A DNA stretch of 64,000 bases from Alphaproteobacteria bacterium UBA830 (lineage in GTDB: Bacteria; Pseudomonadota; Alphaproteobacteria; MPNO01; UBA830): NCBI GenBank assembly GCA_002295635.1, contig DBHK01000003.1, forward strand, positions 12,561 through 76,560, given 5' to 3'. Under the pieces are notes generated by a model. That model saw nothing but the letters and a program-made list of their open reading frames with translations. It made no database searches and was not told the origin of the DNA. Shown in pieces: positions 38,867 through 49,455 of the stretch (the stretch's first letter is position 1; the number at the start of each line of letters is the position of its first letter). The position numbers and the translations under genes are program-made.

Positions 38867-39832
38867 TCATGCAAGTTCGTCCTTCGCTCTTCTTGCCTTT
38901 CGAGCCAAGCCTTCCCGATAAACGATATAATATGATGCGCAGAAGATTACGCCTGCGCCGACCCAGGTCCAGATATCCGGTAGTTCCGAGAACATGATCC
39001 AGCCTATTGCAGTAGCGAAAATCATGCGTGAAAACTGAAAAGGTTGGACTACCCGGGCATCTGCTGCGGAAACCGATCGAGTGAAGCAGTACCCACCTAC
39101 ACTACTTACAACACCGATGCCGATGACCAGAGGCCATTGTTCCAGCGTTGGTGTCACCCAAAAAACTAAGGCCGGGATAAGCGCCAGCGGTAACATCAGT
39201 AAATTTGTCCACAGTGTGATGACCTCAGGGCTATCTTTTCCAGAAAGTAGTTTGATAGTGGTATTGGTGCCAGCGTATAGAAATGCCATCCCCAATGCCG
39301 CGGCCGATGCAAGGGTGATTTCGATTATTCCCGGACGCATAACGATCAAGGTGCCCACAAAACCGACCATGCATGCTATCCAGCTATGGCGGTCAGCCTT
39401 CTGCTTCAGGATCAGCACCGCAAGCACCATGGTGAATAGCGGGGTTGTGTACTGCAACGCATATACATCAGCGATCGGCATTTTGCTTAGTGCGAAAAAC
39501 AACATCGTCATTGCGCTGTATGCAAATAAAACCCTCAAGACGTATATTCTGGTCTGTAATCGGTCCGGCCAAGTCAGCCCTTGACGGCGGACAATGGGGA
39601 CAAGAACTATCAGCGCGATTAGGTTACGGAAGAATACTAACTCCATCGTAGGAATCTGGCCTGCCAGCTCGCGGACCATTCCGCCAGAAATAGAACTGAT
39701 AAGAGTTGCCATGCACATCCAAAAGATGCCAGCGGCAGGGCCGATTCTAAGCACAGGAATCCTTTCGTTGAAACTATGGTCAGCGTAAGTGTAGCGGATG
39801 CGCCCAACCTGCGCGAACCAGCGTTTCTTCAA
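38867..39832 (-). CDS. DMT/EamA-family transporter
   Basis: ELVFFRN, two EamA repeats, GFVGTLIVMRPG, FSELPD; true start probably downstream of 39832. Confidence 0.9.
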   Translation of the reverse strand: MKKRWFAQVGRIRYTYADHSFNERIPVLRIGPAAGIFWMCMATLISSISGGMVRELAGQIPTMELVFFRNLIALIVLVPIVRRQGLTWPDRLQTRIYVLRVLFAYSAMTMLFFALSKMPIADVYALQYTTPLFTMVLAVLILKQKADRHSWIACMVGFVGTLIVMRPGIIEITLASAAALGMAFLYAGTNTTIKLLSGKDSPEVITLWTNLLMLPLALIPALVFWVTPTLEQWPLVIGIGVVSSVGGYCFTRSVSAADARVVQPFQFSRMIFATAIGWIMFSELPDIWTWVGAGVIFCASYYIVYREGLARKARRAKDELA

Positions 39833-39856
39833 AGTATAGATTAATCCGAAAGCTTC

Positions 39857-41239
39857 GTGATTTCAGCACGTTGCTTGCGGTCGGCATTGAATTCGGGCAT
39901 CTTAATTACCTGCTCATGTTTGGGATTTTGTCTGCATAATGGAGCAGGGGCCATTGGCATTCATAAATTGGGAACCGCTGTATTGGCGAAAAAAGATGTA
40001 GCCCTTCTGACGCTGCAATCTTTGGTCTGTTTGCCTGTAATGGTTTTTCTGACCAAAAGCACAGTGATCGTCCTTGCCGTCACGACAATCTGCGGGTTGC
40101 TCTACGTCAGGTCGTTTCCGCAATTCAGGCCGGTAAGTGCTTGGATGCTATTGATTACAACTGGTTTCGTTAGTGCGATATGGTCAATTACTCCGTATCA
40201 GTCACTCGAGCGGGCGGGGAAGTTCGGGATTTTTTTGGTTCTGCTTGCAGTGCTTATGTGCGTTGTCAGCCGGTGGACGCCTAAGGATCGACATCGTCTC
40301 TCTGAGCTAGGTCTCAAGGCATGGTGGGTTGCCTTGCTAATCGCGTTGCCACTGATATTTCTCGAAACTGAGGTAAAAACTTCGATAGCGCGAATATTTT
40401 CGCCAGACTGGGGAATTTATGTCCTTACCGAACAGGGAACTCATGTATTTAAGGTATGGAAGCCTATTTCCAACAATGGAGTGATAGTTCTGGTGGTCAC
40501 CGCTTTTCCTTTGCTAGGGCATCTAATGACTTCCGGGAGGAGAAAGAGGTATCTCTTTCTGTCTCTTATCGGGTTGTTTGCCGCCTGTCTTGCCTCTGGG
40601 AGCAGCAGTGCTTTGCTGGGCCTTGTTTCTGGACTAGTGGTTTGGTTTTTCTATGATCGGTGCGCTCGAGTAACTAAAAAAGTGCTGATCATTATCCTTC
40701 CACTATCAATCCTTACGATGCCTATTCTTGTTCATCCGCTGGCCAAGAACCCCGAATCGATCGCGCGCAACGTACCCAATTTCCCCAATTCTTTCATTCA
40801 CCGACTGCTAATTTGGGATTTCACACTTAAGCGTATCGCCGAGCGTCCTCTGCTTGGCTGGGGCCTGGATACGTCAAGGGCAATTCCCGGAGGTAAGGAT
40901 CTTCGTCCCATTCATTTTGTGGTGCCCTGGTCCGATAAGCCCATCACCCATCCGGATCAGAACCTTCCGTTACATCCGCATAATGCCGTACTTCAGGTCT
41001 GGCTTGAACTTGGAGCGTTTGGTGCCTTTGTCGTGATGCTGGGAATCTGGAGTTTATTACGAACGCAGCTTGTATCTGCTAGAAGTGGACCCATGGCCGG
41101 TTACATCGTCTGCGCTATGGCGGTTTACTGCGTCGCATTCGGTTTGATGCAATCGTGGTGGCTTTCACTTCTTTTCCTTGCTTGGGCAGCGGGAAAAGCG
41201 GCTACGCCATCGGAGACACGATCGAAGATTGGTGATTAG
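39857..41239 (+). CDS. O-antigen ligase family membrane protein
   Basis: Multi-TM; HRLLIW, RPLLGWG, LHPHNAVLQVWLELG; start uncertain. Confidence 0.85.
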   Translation: MISARCLRSALNSGILITCSCLGFCLHNGAGAIGIHKLGTAVLAKKDVALLTLQSLVCLPVMVFLTKSTVIVLAVTTICGLLYVRSFPQFRPVSAWMLLITTGFVSAIWSITPYQSLERAGKFGIFLVLLAVLMCVVSRWTPKDRHRLSELGLKAWWVALLIALPLIFLETEVKTSIARIFSPDWGIYVLTEQGTHVFKVWKPISNNGVIVLVVTAFPLLGHLMTSGRRKRYLFLSLIGLFAACLASGSSSALLGLVSGLVVWFFYDRCARVTKKVLIIILPLSILTMPILVHPLAKNPESIARNVPNFPNSFIHRLLIWDFTLKRIAERPLLGWGLDTSRAIPGGKDLRPIHFVVPWSDKPITHPDQNLPLHPHNAVLQVWLELGAFGAFVVMLGIWSLLRTQLVSARSGPMAGYIVCAMAVYCVAFGLMQSWWLSLLFLAWAAGKAATPSETRSKIGD

Positions 41240-41550
41240 AGTGAGCGCCAAAAGCCTATTCCATCGTTTTACAGAAGAAAATACCGGATGATCTTTGTCA
41301 CCGCATAATCACTGACGTTAGATCCACGGTGAATGAGTTGGCGGTCAAGCGCATTACAAACGTCTCGAACGGGGCGGTTTCGGCTGTTAGTCGCCGGCTC
41401 ATGCGCTTATATTTCGTGGGAGATGGTCGTATGGCAGCCTAGCATAATCGATTTTGTCCATAAGAACGGGTTGAGACAATAAACACTGGGAAGGTCATGT
41501 GTCATTCGAGCTTAGCGTGGCGCGGCCAACGTGGTATATGCTCGCTCAAT

Positions 41551-43242
41551 ATGAACGATAACCTCAAAGAAAAAGACAACGGCGGTCCTGTACGCGACTT
41601 CATCCGGGACCGTGTTAGCGCTGATCTGGCCAATGGCGCTGTCGATATCGTAACTACACGGTTTCCTCCGGAACCTAATGGCTATCTCCATATTGGTCAT
41701 GCCAAGTCGATTTGCTTGAATTTCGGTATAGCCATGGAATTCGGGGGTTTCTGTAATCTACGATTTGACGATACGAACCCAGCTAAAGAGGATCAGGAAT
41801 TCATCGACGCGATCCAGGCGGATATATCTTGGCTTAGTGTAGGGTGGAATGGAGAAGTCAAATACGCCTCGGATAACTTTGAGCAGCTTTATGCTTGGGC
41901 CGAACATCTTATCAGCGTAGAAAAGGCTTATGTTGATGACCTGAGCTCAGACGAAATTCGTGAATATCGCGGAACGTTAACAAAACCCGGCCAGAACAGC
42001 CCCTATCGAGGTCGCAGCGTCAATGAGAACCTCGATCTTTTTAGGCGCATGAGAGAGGGCGAATTCAAGGACGGCGCCCGGGTTCTAAGAGCGAAGATCG
42101 ACATGCATTCGGGTAATTTCAACCTGAGGGACCCGGTTTTGTACCGTATAAGCCGGGCGCCACATCCTCGTACCGGCGATACTTGGTGCATTTATCCGAC
42201 GTACGATTTTGCCCACGGTCAGACAGATGCAATCGAGGGCGTGACTCATTCACTATGCACTTTGGAATTTGAAGATCATCGACCACTTTACGAGTGGCTA
42301 CTCGAAAATTTGCCCGTTCCGACATCTCCAAGGCAATACGAATACTCCCGCCTCAATATCACTCATACGGTTCTGTCCAAACGTCGGCTCACCCAGTTGG
42401 TGGAGGAAGGTCATGTGTCGGGCTGGGACGACCCTCGCATGCCGACACTCGCCGGACTGCGTCGTCGTGGAGTTCCGGCGGAGGCTATAAGAGACTTCAT
42501 TTCTCGGCTGGCGATCTCCAAGAGTGACGGAATGGTTGAGGCCGCAATGCTCGAGCACTGCATTCGCGATAGATTGAATGATACCGCATTGCGGCGCATG
42601 GCGGTTTTACGCCCCTTAAAAGTAGTGATTGAAAACTATCCCGAAGGGAAGATTGAGGAATTAGAAGCTATCAATAATCCACGCGATTTAGCGGCCGGTA
42701 CACGGTCTGTGACATTTAGTCGGGAACTCTATATTGAGCGCGATGATTTTATGGAGGACGCTCCGAGGAAGTATTTCCGTCTTAGTCCGGGACGAGAAGT
42801 TCGACTAAGATCGGCATATTTCATTACCTGCACCGACGTGGTCAAGGACGAAGCTGGAGAAATCATAGAGATACGTTGTAGTTATGACCCGGAGACTAAG
42901 GGTGGTAACGCGCCAGACGGGCGCAAAGTGAAGGGGACACTGCATTGGGTATCAGCATCTAATGCATTGGATGCCGAGGTGAGGCTATACAACCCGCTTT
43001 TCAGCAATGAAAATCCTAGTATGACGGATGATTTTCTATCATTTCTACGCCACGATTCGCTCGAAAATCTTACGGGATGCAAGCTGGAGCACGTGCTGTC
43101 GCAGGCAGATGTCGGCGACGTCATTCAATTCGAGCGATTAGGATATTTCTGCGCTGACCCTGAGGGTAAGTCTACAGTGCCGGTTTTCAACCGGACCGTT
43201 GGTCTGCGCGACTCTTTTGCGAAAGAGATAGCTAAAGGGTAA
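41551..43242 (+). CDS. glnS: Glutamine--tRNA ligase
   Basis: [56 protein letters not shown]. Confidence 0.96.
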   Translation: MNDNLKEKDNGGPVRDFIRDRVSADLANGAVDIVTTRFPPEPNGYLHIGHAKSICLNFGIAMEFGGFCNLRFDDTNPAKEDQEFIDAIQADISWLSVGWNGEVKYASDNFEQLYAWAEHLISVEKAYVDDLSSDEIREYRGTLTKPGQNSPYRGRSVNENLDLFRRMREGEFKDGARVLRAKIDMHSGNFNLRDPVLYRISRAPHPRTGDTWCIYPTYDFAHGQTDAIEGVTHSLCTLEFEDHRPLYEWLLENLPVPTSPRQYEYSRLNITHTVLSKRRLTQLVEEGHVSGWDDPRMPTLAGLRRRGVPAEAIRDFISRLAISKSDGMVEAAMLEHCIRDRLNDTALRRMAVLRPLKVVIENYPEGKIEELEAINNPRDLAAGTRSVTFSRELYIERDDFMEDAPRKYFRLSPGREVRLRSAYFITCTDVVKDEAGEIIEIRCSYDPETKGGNAPDGRKVKGTLHWVSASNALDAEVRLYNPLFSNENPSMTDDFLSFLRHDSLENLTGCKLEHVLSQADVGDVIQFERLGYFCADPEGKSTVPVFNRTVGLRDSFAKEIAKG

Positions 43243-43248
43243 ATTTTT

Positions 43249-44871
43249 TCAACCGCGTAGCGCACTTAGCTGATTGCCGTAACCTGAAGGGTCGACAGTC
43301 ACGTCAACTAAGGTTGGGCCTTCCGTTTGAAACGCCTCCGCTAGCGCGAACTCCAGTGGGTCTTGTGCCCCTACTTTCCAGGCATTACATCCCAAACCTC
43401 GTGCAGTCACCGCAAAATCTACTTGAGGATACCTGACGCCAATAGGTGGGCGCTGCTGGCGCTGCTGCTTGATATCGATCAACGATAACGCAGCATCATT
43501 AAAAACTACTACGTTGAGTTCAACGCCTAGCCGGGCGGCGGTCGATAATTCCGCAAGAGACATCATCATCCCGCCGTCGCCGATGATCGCGATCGTAGGG
43601 CAGTTTGGTTCATTGAGGCTACTAGCTAGTGCCGCTGGCAATGCAAAACCCATAGTCGAGAGCCCATTGGACTTCAGTACATCATGGGGTTGGTTAGCTG
43701 GCCAGCGCGTCATTGCAGAAAACATGTGAGCTCCAGCATCTACGGTGAGACGCGCACCCCGCGGCGCGGCGCTAATAATAGCGTCTACGATTTCGTCTGG
43801 GGATCGCCCATTGGCGATATTGTTGGTGACGCCGTGACGAATTCGGATTTTATGTCCAGAGATGTCCTCGCCGGCCCATTCGGATCCACTGGATTGTTTA
43901 GCAAGAAAGTCTGCGAGCTCCGATATTGAGCCGGCTAGCTCAGGGTCCGGGTTGAACGGCCAAGAGAGACGTGGCGTTTCAGACAAGACGATCACAGGGA
44001 CGTTGTGGTACCAATTACCGGGTATCATTTCCACAGGATCGACGCCGCAGAAAATTATAAGATCCGCTTCCGTTAGAACCGTGTTATCAAGTTTCGCGCC
44101 TGTGTAGAGACCAATGTTCTTTGGATCTGTATCCGGGAGCACACCCTTAGCCTTATATGTAGTAAGAACGGGTCCATTAAGGGATCTTGCAAGCCGGTTT
44201 GCTGACGCTGCCCGATGGGCAGCCCGACACTGGAGGCCAATAATCATAACGGGTCTTTTCGCAGCGGCGATCCGCCTACGCGCTGTCTCGATCGTCTCGG
44301 GGTCAATCTCAGGCAAGTTTGAAAAGTCGTTGGGGGTGGCGGGGAGGCTTTCGGCGCCGGCATCCTGCGCTGAAAGATCTATATGTACCGGCCCCGGTGG
44401 CTCCTCGGTAGCGAGATCGAAAAGCCGCTCAAAAGATGTTGCACCATTGGAAGGCATCAATCTTTGCTGCGCCTTTGATATCGGCGCGAATAAGGATTGC
44501 TGGTCGAAGATTTGATGCGGAGGTGAGGTAGCACTTTCATTGTGCGCATCCGTAAAAATAATGACCGGTGCCCGTTCCAGAGACGCATACGCCACCCCGT
44601 TAACAACACTAGCTGCGCCTGGACCAATACCGGTCAGTACGATACCGGGTATACCAGTTAGCTCGCCGGTTACGGCGGCCATTATCCCCGCGGATGCCTC
44701 GGTACGGCAAAGAATGAATTCTATGCCGAGATCAGCGGCTGCAGCGATCAGGTCGAGGCTTGATCCGCCGCCGGGTATGCCGAACATGCGCTTGACGCCT
44801 CGCGCTTGCATCGTTTCCGCTATCCTGACAGCAAGGGTCTTGGGAGATTCTTTATCCGCGTCAATGTTCAT
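43249..44871 (-). CDS. Thiamine-diphosphate-dependent enzyme (acetolactate-synthase-like family)
   Basis: FGIPGG, GIGPGA, STMGFALP, GDGG...ND ThDP-binding motif. Confidence 0.9.
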   Translation of the reverse strand: MNIDADKESPKTLAVRIAETMQARGVKRMFGIPGGGSSLDLIAAAADLGIEFILCRTEASAGIMAAVTGELTGIPGIVLTGIGPGAASVVNGVAYASLERAPVIIFTDAHNESATSPPHQIFDQQSLFAPISKAQQRLMPSNGATSFERLFDLATEEPPGPVHIDLSAQDAGAESLPATPNDFSNLPEIDPETIETARRRIAAAKRPVMIIGLQCRAAHRAASANRLARSLNGPVLTTYKAKGVLPDTDPKNIGLYTGAKLDNTVLTEADLIIFCGVDPVEMIPGNWYHNVPVIVLSETPRLSWPFNPDPELAGSISELADFLAKQSSGSEWAGEDISGHKIRIRHGVTNNIANGRSPDEIVDAIISAAPRGARLTVDAGAHMFSAMTRWPANQPHDVLKSNGLSTMGFALPAALASSLNEPNCPTIAIIGDGGMMMSLAELSTAARLGVELNVVVFNDAALSLIDIKQQRQQRPPIGVRYPQVDFAVTARGLGCNAWKVGAQDPLEFALAEAFQTEGPTLVDVTVDPSGYGNQLSALRG

Positions 44872-45202
44872 TTCACGCCAAGTTTACGGACATTAAGGAA
44901 TACGTCGTTTGCTATAGTTTGCAAGTCAGACATGAAGGACACTGGACACCCTATTTCGTCGCTAGAGATACGCAAGAGGCACGTTACATTGTCAACCCGA
45001 ACATCCAATACGGAGCCCCAAAAACAAACCTTAGCAACTACTCTAAGGCCTAGAAAGACAGAATCAGGAAATGACCATCTCCAAAAAGCGAGATATTGTA
45101 CCTAGGTAGGCAAAATGGGACAATAATTCTCATTTAAGGCTAGAGTTATACGCTCCAAACTGGGACCTTAACGTAGGGAAAATTGCCAATATTGGTACCC
45201 GA

Positions 45203-46549
45203 ATGAAAAATGAAGGCGCGATCATGATCTGGACTACAGAAAAAATTGCTGGATTAGTGGAACCCGACCGAGCGCACCGGATGGCCTACACGAATCCTGA
45301 AATTTTCGATCTTGAAATGGAAAGAATTTTCGAGCGAACCTGGATTTATGTAGGACATGAAAGCCAAGTAAAAAATCCTGGGGACTATTATCTTGCTCAG
45401 GTGGGTCGCCAGCCGGTGATCATGATCCGCGGTCAGGACAACGAGGTAAATGTCTTGTATAATCGATGTCCTCATCGCGGAGCGCAGCTATGTACAGCGC
45501 GTAAGGGTAATACGGGTAACCATTTTTATTGCTCTTATCATGCTTGGACTTTTCACCTTGATGGAAAGCTCGAGAGTATGCCGGCGAGAAGGGAATACGA
45601 CGGTACCAATCTCGATTTTGATAATCCTGAATTCCATATATCTCGGTTGCCGCGCGCAGCTAATTATCGTGGTTTTTGGTTTGCTAGCCTTTCGAATGAA
45701 GGTTTAGACTTAAAAACTCACCTTGGTGAATCCACTGCCGCCTTTGATCAATTGATTGATCGGGCGCCAGGTAAGGAGACGGAAGTTGTTGGAGACTGCT
45801 TCCGCATGGTTCAGCAGTCGAACTGGAAAATCTTCCTCGAGAATCAGCTCGACGCCTCTCATCCCGGCGTTACCCATGAGTCTACTGGTAAGGCCGCGCA
45901 GCGTATAGAGGCCAAAAAACGCGATGAAGGTGAAGAAGTCCCTCTTGAATTGACCTTCCTCTCAGATTTCGCCCGGCTCGGCCACGACGGTTGGACAAAG
46001 TTCGGCACAGTAGGGTACCGCAACGGTCACAGTAGTCTCGAGGGCTATATGGGACTGAGGCCTGATGACCCGGATACCAACGAATATGTCCGGCGAATGT
46101 ATGAGGCGTACGGAGAGGAAAAGACAGAAGAGATTCTTGGTATAAATATACACCATATGTTGGTCTATCCGTGCAATTCCGTTCAACCACCGTTGCAGCA
46201 GCTTCGCACAATCCGTCCTCTGGCCCACGACAAGACGCTTACAGAAATATGGCATTTCCGACTGAAAGACGCGCCGGAAGCAATATATCGCCGCTCTCTG
46301 GCCTATTATTACCTCGTAAATTCGCCTTCAACGCTGGTTAACGCGGACGATCTGTTTAACTGGTGGAAGTGCCAACACGGCTTAGATTCAAATGCTAGCG
46401 AATGGGTCAGTTTTCACCGCAAGGCAGGCCAGGATGAAGAACGTGACGGAATAGCCTACTCAGCGCCAGAAAGCATGAGCGAACTCCCACTACGTCATAT
46501 GATGTATGCTTGGCGCGACTATATGACCGCCGATACTGGAGCAAAGTAA
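45203..46549 (+). CDS. Rieske ring-hydroxylating oxygenase alpha subunit
   Basis: NRCPHRG...CSYH, NWKIFLENQLDASHPGVTH. Confidence 0.92.
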   Translation: MKNEGAIMIWTTEKIAGLVEPDRAHRMAYTNPEIFDLEMERIFERTWIYVGHESQVKNPGDYYLAQVGRQPVIMIRGQDNEVNVLYNRCPHRGAQLCTARKGNTGNHFYCSYHAWTFHLDGKLESMPARREYDGTNLDFDNPEFHISRLPRAANYRGFWFASLSNEGLDLKTHLGESTAAFDQLIDRAPGKETEVVGDCFRMVQQSNWKIFLENQLDASHPGVTHESTGKAAQRIEAKKRDEGEEVPLELTFLSDFARLGHDGWTKFGTVGYRNGHSSLEGYMGLRPDDPDTNEYVRRMYEAYGEEKTEEILGINIHHMLVYPCNSVQPPLQQLRTIRPLAHDKTLTEIWHFRLKDAPEAIYRRSLAYYYLVNSPSTLVNADDLFNWWKCQHGLDSNASEWVSFHRKAGQDEERDGIAYSAPESMSELPLRHMMYAWRDYMTADTGAK

Positions 46550-47085
46550 TGACCGAGGCTTGCGAGATTTTGGCTGCGGCAGATAATGCTGCCGTCGCAG
46601 ATGTAAGTGTCGAAACGCATCGTGCTGTTGAGCGGTTCCTCTATTGTCAGGCGGATATTTTGGACGAAAAACGGACGGATGAATGGCTGGGACTATTTGC
46701 TGATAACGGTTACTACTGGATGCCCTCAGAGGAACATCAGATTGAGGGTGATGGCATGCCCAATATCTTCTGGGAAGATCATGATCTGATGCTGATGCGA
46801 ATATCGCGGAATTCGCATCCGCGTGCCCATAGTCAGGCTCCACATAATCGCCTTAACCATGTAGTGTCGAATGTAGTGATCGAGAGCGAAAACGCCGATG
46901 GCGATATCATCGTGAGATCTCGTTTCCACTGCACGGAGTATTTCCGCTACCAAGTGCGCTCGTTCTCGGGGAAGTACCGGCATCTTCTGAAGAAAACATC
47001 AGATGGCTACCGCATCGCCTTGCAGCGGGTCGATCTTGTCAACCGCGAGGGACCTTACGACTATGTTTTGCAGTGGTGGCTTTAG
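46549..47085 (+). CDS. Ring-hydroxylating oxygenase beta subunit
   Basis: FLYCQADILD, YWMP, HSQAP, HVVSNV, RVDLVN; TAATG overlap with the alpha subunit. Confidence 0.9.
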   Translation: MTEACEILAAADNAAVADVSVETHRAVERFLYCQADILDEKRTDEWLGLFADNGYYWMPSEEHQIEGDGMPNIFWEDHDLMLMRISRNSHPRAHSQAPHNRLNHVVSNVVIESENADGDIIVRSRFHCTEYFRYQVRSFSGKYRHLLKKTSDGYRIALQRVDLVNREGPYDYVLQWWL

Positions 47086-47116
47086 GGTAACCTGACCGGC
47101 GACGGCCAAACCTATT

Positions 47117-47572
47117 TCAGTTCACGTTTTCATATTTATATAGGCCTTCAATCTCGTGCAGGTTTTCGGCGCGGGCGCGAAGTTCAATCACGTTGCGGTC
47201 CGGGTCACGGACGAACAGTGACACGTGACCGTCTTGTCCGAACATTACTGGTCCCTGGGTGATTCGAATATCGTTGTCTTTGAGTACTTGGATGGTATCT
47301 TCGATGGACGAAACGCGCAGTGCCAGATGGGTGATGCCAGCGTGTTTAGTCCTTGTATCCATCAGGATGTTACAACCATCGAGCTCATCTGCCGCGTTTA
47401 CGACAAGATTGATTTCAACGCACTGTGAATTTCGAATGATAATGACTGGATCGAAATCAACGCAAGTCATAACCTCAAAACCAAGGAGTTCGTAGAAAGC
47501 GATCGCTCGCTCAGCGTTCTTTACCCGGATACCGGTATGATCGACGCATTCGACATTTATTTTGGAGGCCAT
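47117..47572 (-). CDS. VOC/glyoxalase-family protein
   Basis: DHTGIRV, THLALRV, FVRDPDRNVIE. Confidence 0.9.
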   Translation of the reverse strand: MASKINVECVDHTGIRVKNAERAIAFYELLGFEVMTCVDFDPVIIIRNSQCVEINLVVNAADELDGCNILMDTRTKHAGITHLALRVSSIEDTIQVLKDNDIRITQGPVMFGQDGHVSLFVRDPDRNVIELRARAENLHEIEGLYKYENVN

Positions 47573-47619
47573 CGTTCCAAATCCTCCGGGGTTTCTGCCA
47601 GAACGGGGTCAAAAGAAAA

Positions 47620-49254
47620 TTAGGTTGGAATGTTGACAGGAGCAAGTGGAACTTCTCCGACTATAAGGTCGGCAGCGCGGTCCGCGAAGGCCATTGTCGG
47701 TGCGTTGATATTACCCCCTAGCATATCCGGGAAAATAGACGCATCGATTACCCGTAAATTCTCGGTTCCATGGACCCGCATTTCCGGGTCTACGACTGCC
47801 CATTCATCTGTATTGGCACCCATTTTGCATGTGCCGAGCGGATGATGGACTGTCCATGCCGTCCTTTTAATGAATTCATCAAAAGACTCGTCTGCTGGTT
47901 GGATTTCTGGCCCACGGAACTTATCCAGTGCCTTCTGACTGGCAATTTCCCTGACGATTTCGATGCCCTCGCGGAGCAGTTCCCGGTCTTCAGGTTCTGA
48001 TAAAAATTTTTGATAGATAAGAGCATGATCGGCCGGGTTGCTGGACGCCAGTTTAAGTTCCCCCCGACTTTTCGGATGCAGTACGACGGGCCGGACCATG
48101 AAGGCATCTTTCGGTTTCGGTCTGTATCCGGGAAACCAAGGTTGCGATTCCGGCGGGATGAACCGCGCTAGCAATTGTAGATCGGGCTGGGGCAGGTCTT
48201 CTCTAGTCTTAATATATCCGGTTAACGGTCCAGGCATTTCAGTCGCGAATCCCTTACCAAGGAAATAAGCCTGTGCCATTGACAGAAGCAGGCGATCCCA
48301 ACGTAGCCTACCTACGAACGGACCATCGCCGATACGTTCATACTCCACGCCGACAGATAGATGATCTTGGAGGTTTTGACCTACGCCTTTCAGGTCGACT
48401 GCGACACTGATTCCGTGTTCGTTTAAGTGATCTCCGTTCCCGATCCCGGAAAGCATTAGGAGTTGTGGGGAATTAATGACACCGCCGGAAATGATGACTT
48501 CTCGCTCTGAATAAACGGCGGTTAATGGGCCACCCTCGACGGCGGAATATTCGACGCCTGTAGCTTTGTTGCCTTCAAGCAATACTTTGTGAACAAGCTT
48601 TTTAGTTATTACGGTCAGGTTTGATCTTTTCATCGCGGGATAAAGGTACGCAACTGCTGAACTGCATCGTTTACCATTTCGGATGGTTGACTGAAGCGTA
48701 CCTAGTCCCTCATTCTGCACACCGTTATAATCGGGCGTACGGGCATAACCGGCCTGTTCGCCTGCGTTCAGCCACGCTTCATGCAATGGATCAGGAAATT
48801 TATTTTCGATGGTGGACAGCGGACCACCTGTGCCTCGGAGGGGTAGGTCTCCTTTTTCCCAATCCTCGGCTTTGATGAAGTAAGGCAGTATGTCGGCGTA
48901 GGACCATCCAACACAGCCGTTCCGCGACCAGCGGTCATAGTCTTCGCGATGACAGCGAACATAGGCCATTGCGTTAATTGATGATGATCCGCCCAGAACC
49001 TTTCCGCGTGCGCATTCCACCTTGCGGTTGTCGAAGTTGGCTTCTTCTTCGGTGAAGTAGCCCCAGTCGTACAGACGTTCGAAAAGAATTTTTCCCCAGC
49101 CCAGCGGGACGCGGATGATCGGGTTGCGGTCACTTCCGCCGGCTTCGATCAGCAGGACCTGGGTATCGGGATTTTCAGTCAGCCGGTTGGCCAGCGTGCA
49201 GCCCGCTGATCCCGCGCCGATGATGATATAGTCGTATGTTTTCGCGTTGCTCAT
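47620..49254 (-). CDS. GMC oxidoreductase, 4-pyridoxate-dehydrogenase-like
   Basis: GAGSAGC, RGKVLGGSSSIN, NLQDH, HPLGTC; PLGWGKIL, VECARGKV and TVHHP as recalled for Mesorhizobium 4-pyridoxate dehydrogenase. Confidence 0.85.
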   Translation of the reverse strand: MSNAKTYDYIIIGAGSAGCTLANRLTENPDTQVLLIEAGGSDRNPIIRVPLGWGKILFERLYDWGYFTEEEANFDNRKVECARGKVLGGSSSINAMAYVRCHREDYDRWSRNGCVGWSYADILPYFIKAEDWEKGDLPLRGTGGPLSTIENKFPDPLHEAWLNAGEQAGYARTPDYNGVQNEGLGTLQSTIRNGKRCSSAVAYLYPAMKRSNLTVITKKLVHKVLLEGNKATGVEYSAVEGGPLTAVYSEREVIISGGVINSPQLLMLSGIGNGDHLNEHGISVAVDLKGVGQNLQDHLSVGVEYERIGDGPFVGRLRWDRLLLSMAQAYFLGKGFATEMPGPLTGYIKTREDLPQPDLQLLARFIPPESQPWFPGYRPKPKDAFMVRPVVLHPKSRGELKLASSNPADHALIYQKFLSEPEDRELLREGIEIVREIASQKALDKFRGPEIQPADESFDEFIKRTAWTVHHPLGTCKMGANTDEWAVVDPEMRVHGTENLRVIDASIFPDMLGGNINAPTMAFADRAADLIVGEVPLAPVNIPT

Positions 49255-49455
49255 TTTTTATTCCTGCGAATTGATCTTGATAATATTGGATAGGATAGCA
49301 CACGGTTTTCATGCCCCAATAGACCTCACGGCAAGATTAGTGAACCTCACTATCAAATAATCTAATCCAATGATTTGGTCCCGATTCGCTGTGACTCACA
49401 TCTAGACCTACACAGGGCTATAATACCGTTGAGACTTTCTATGCGGAACAACCCA

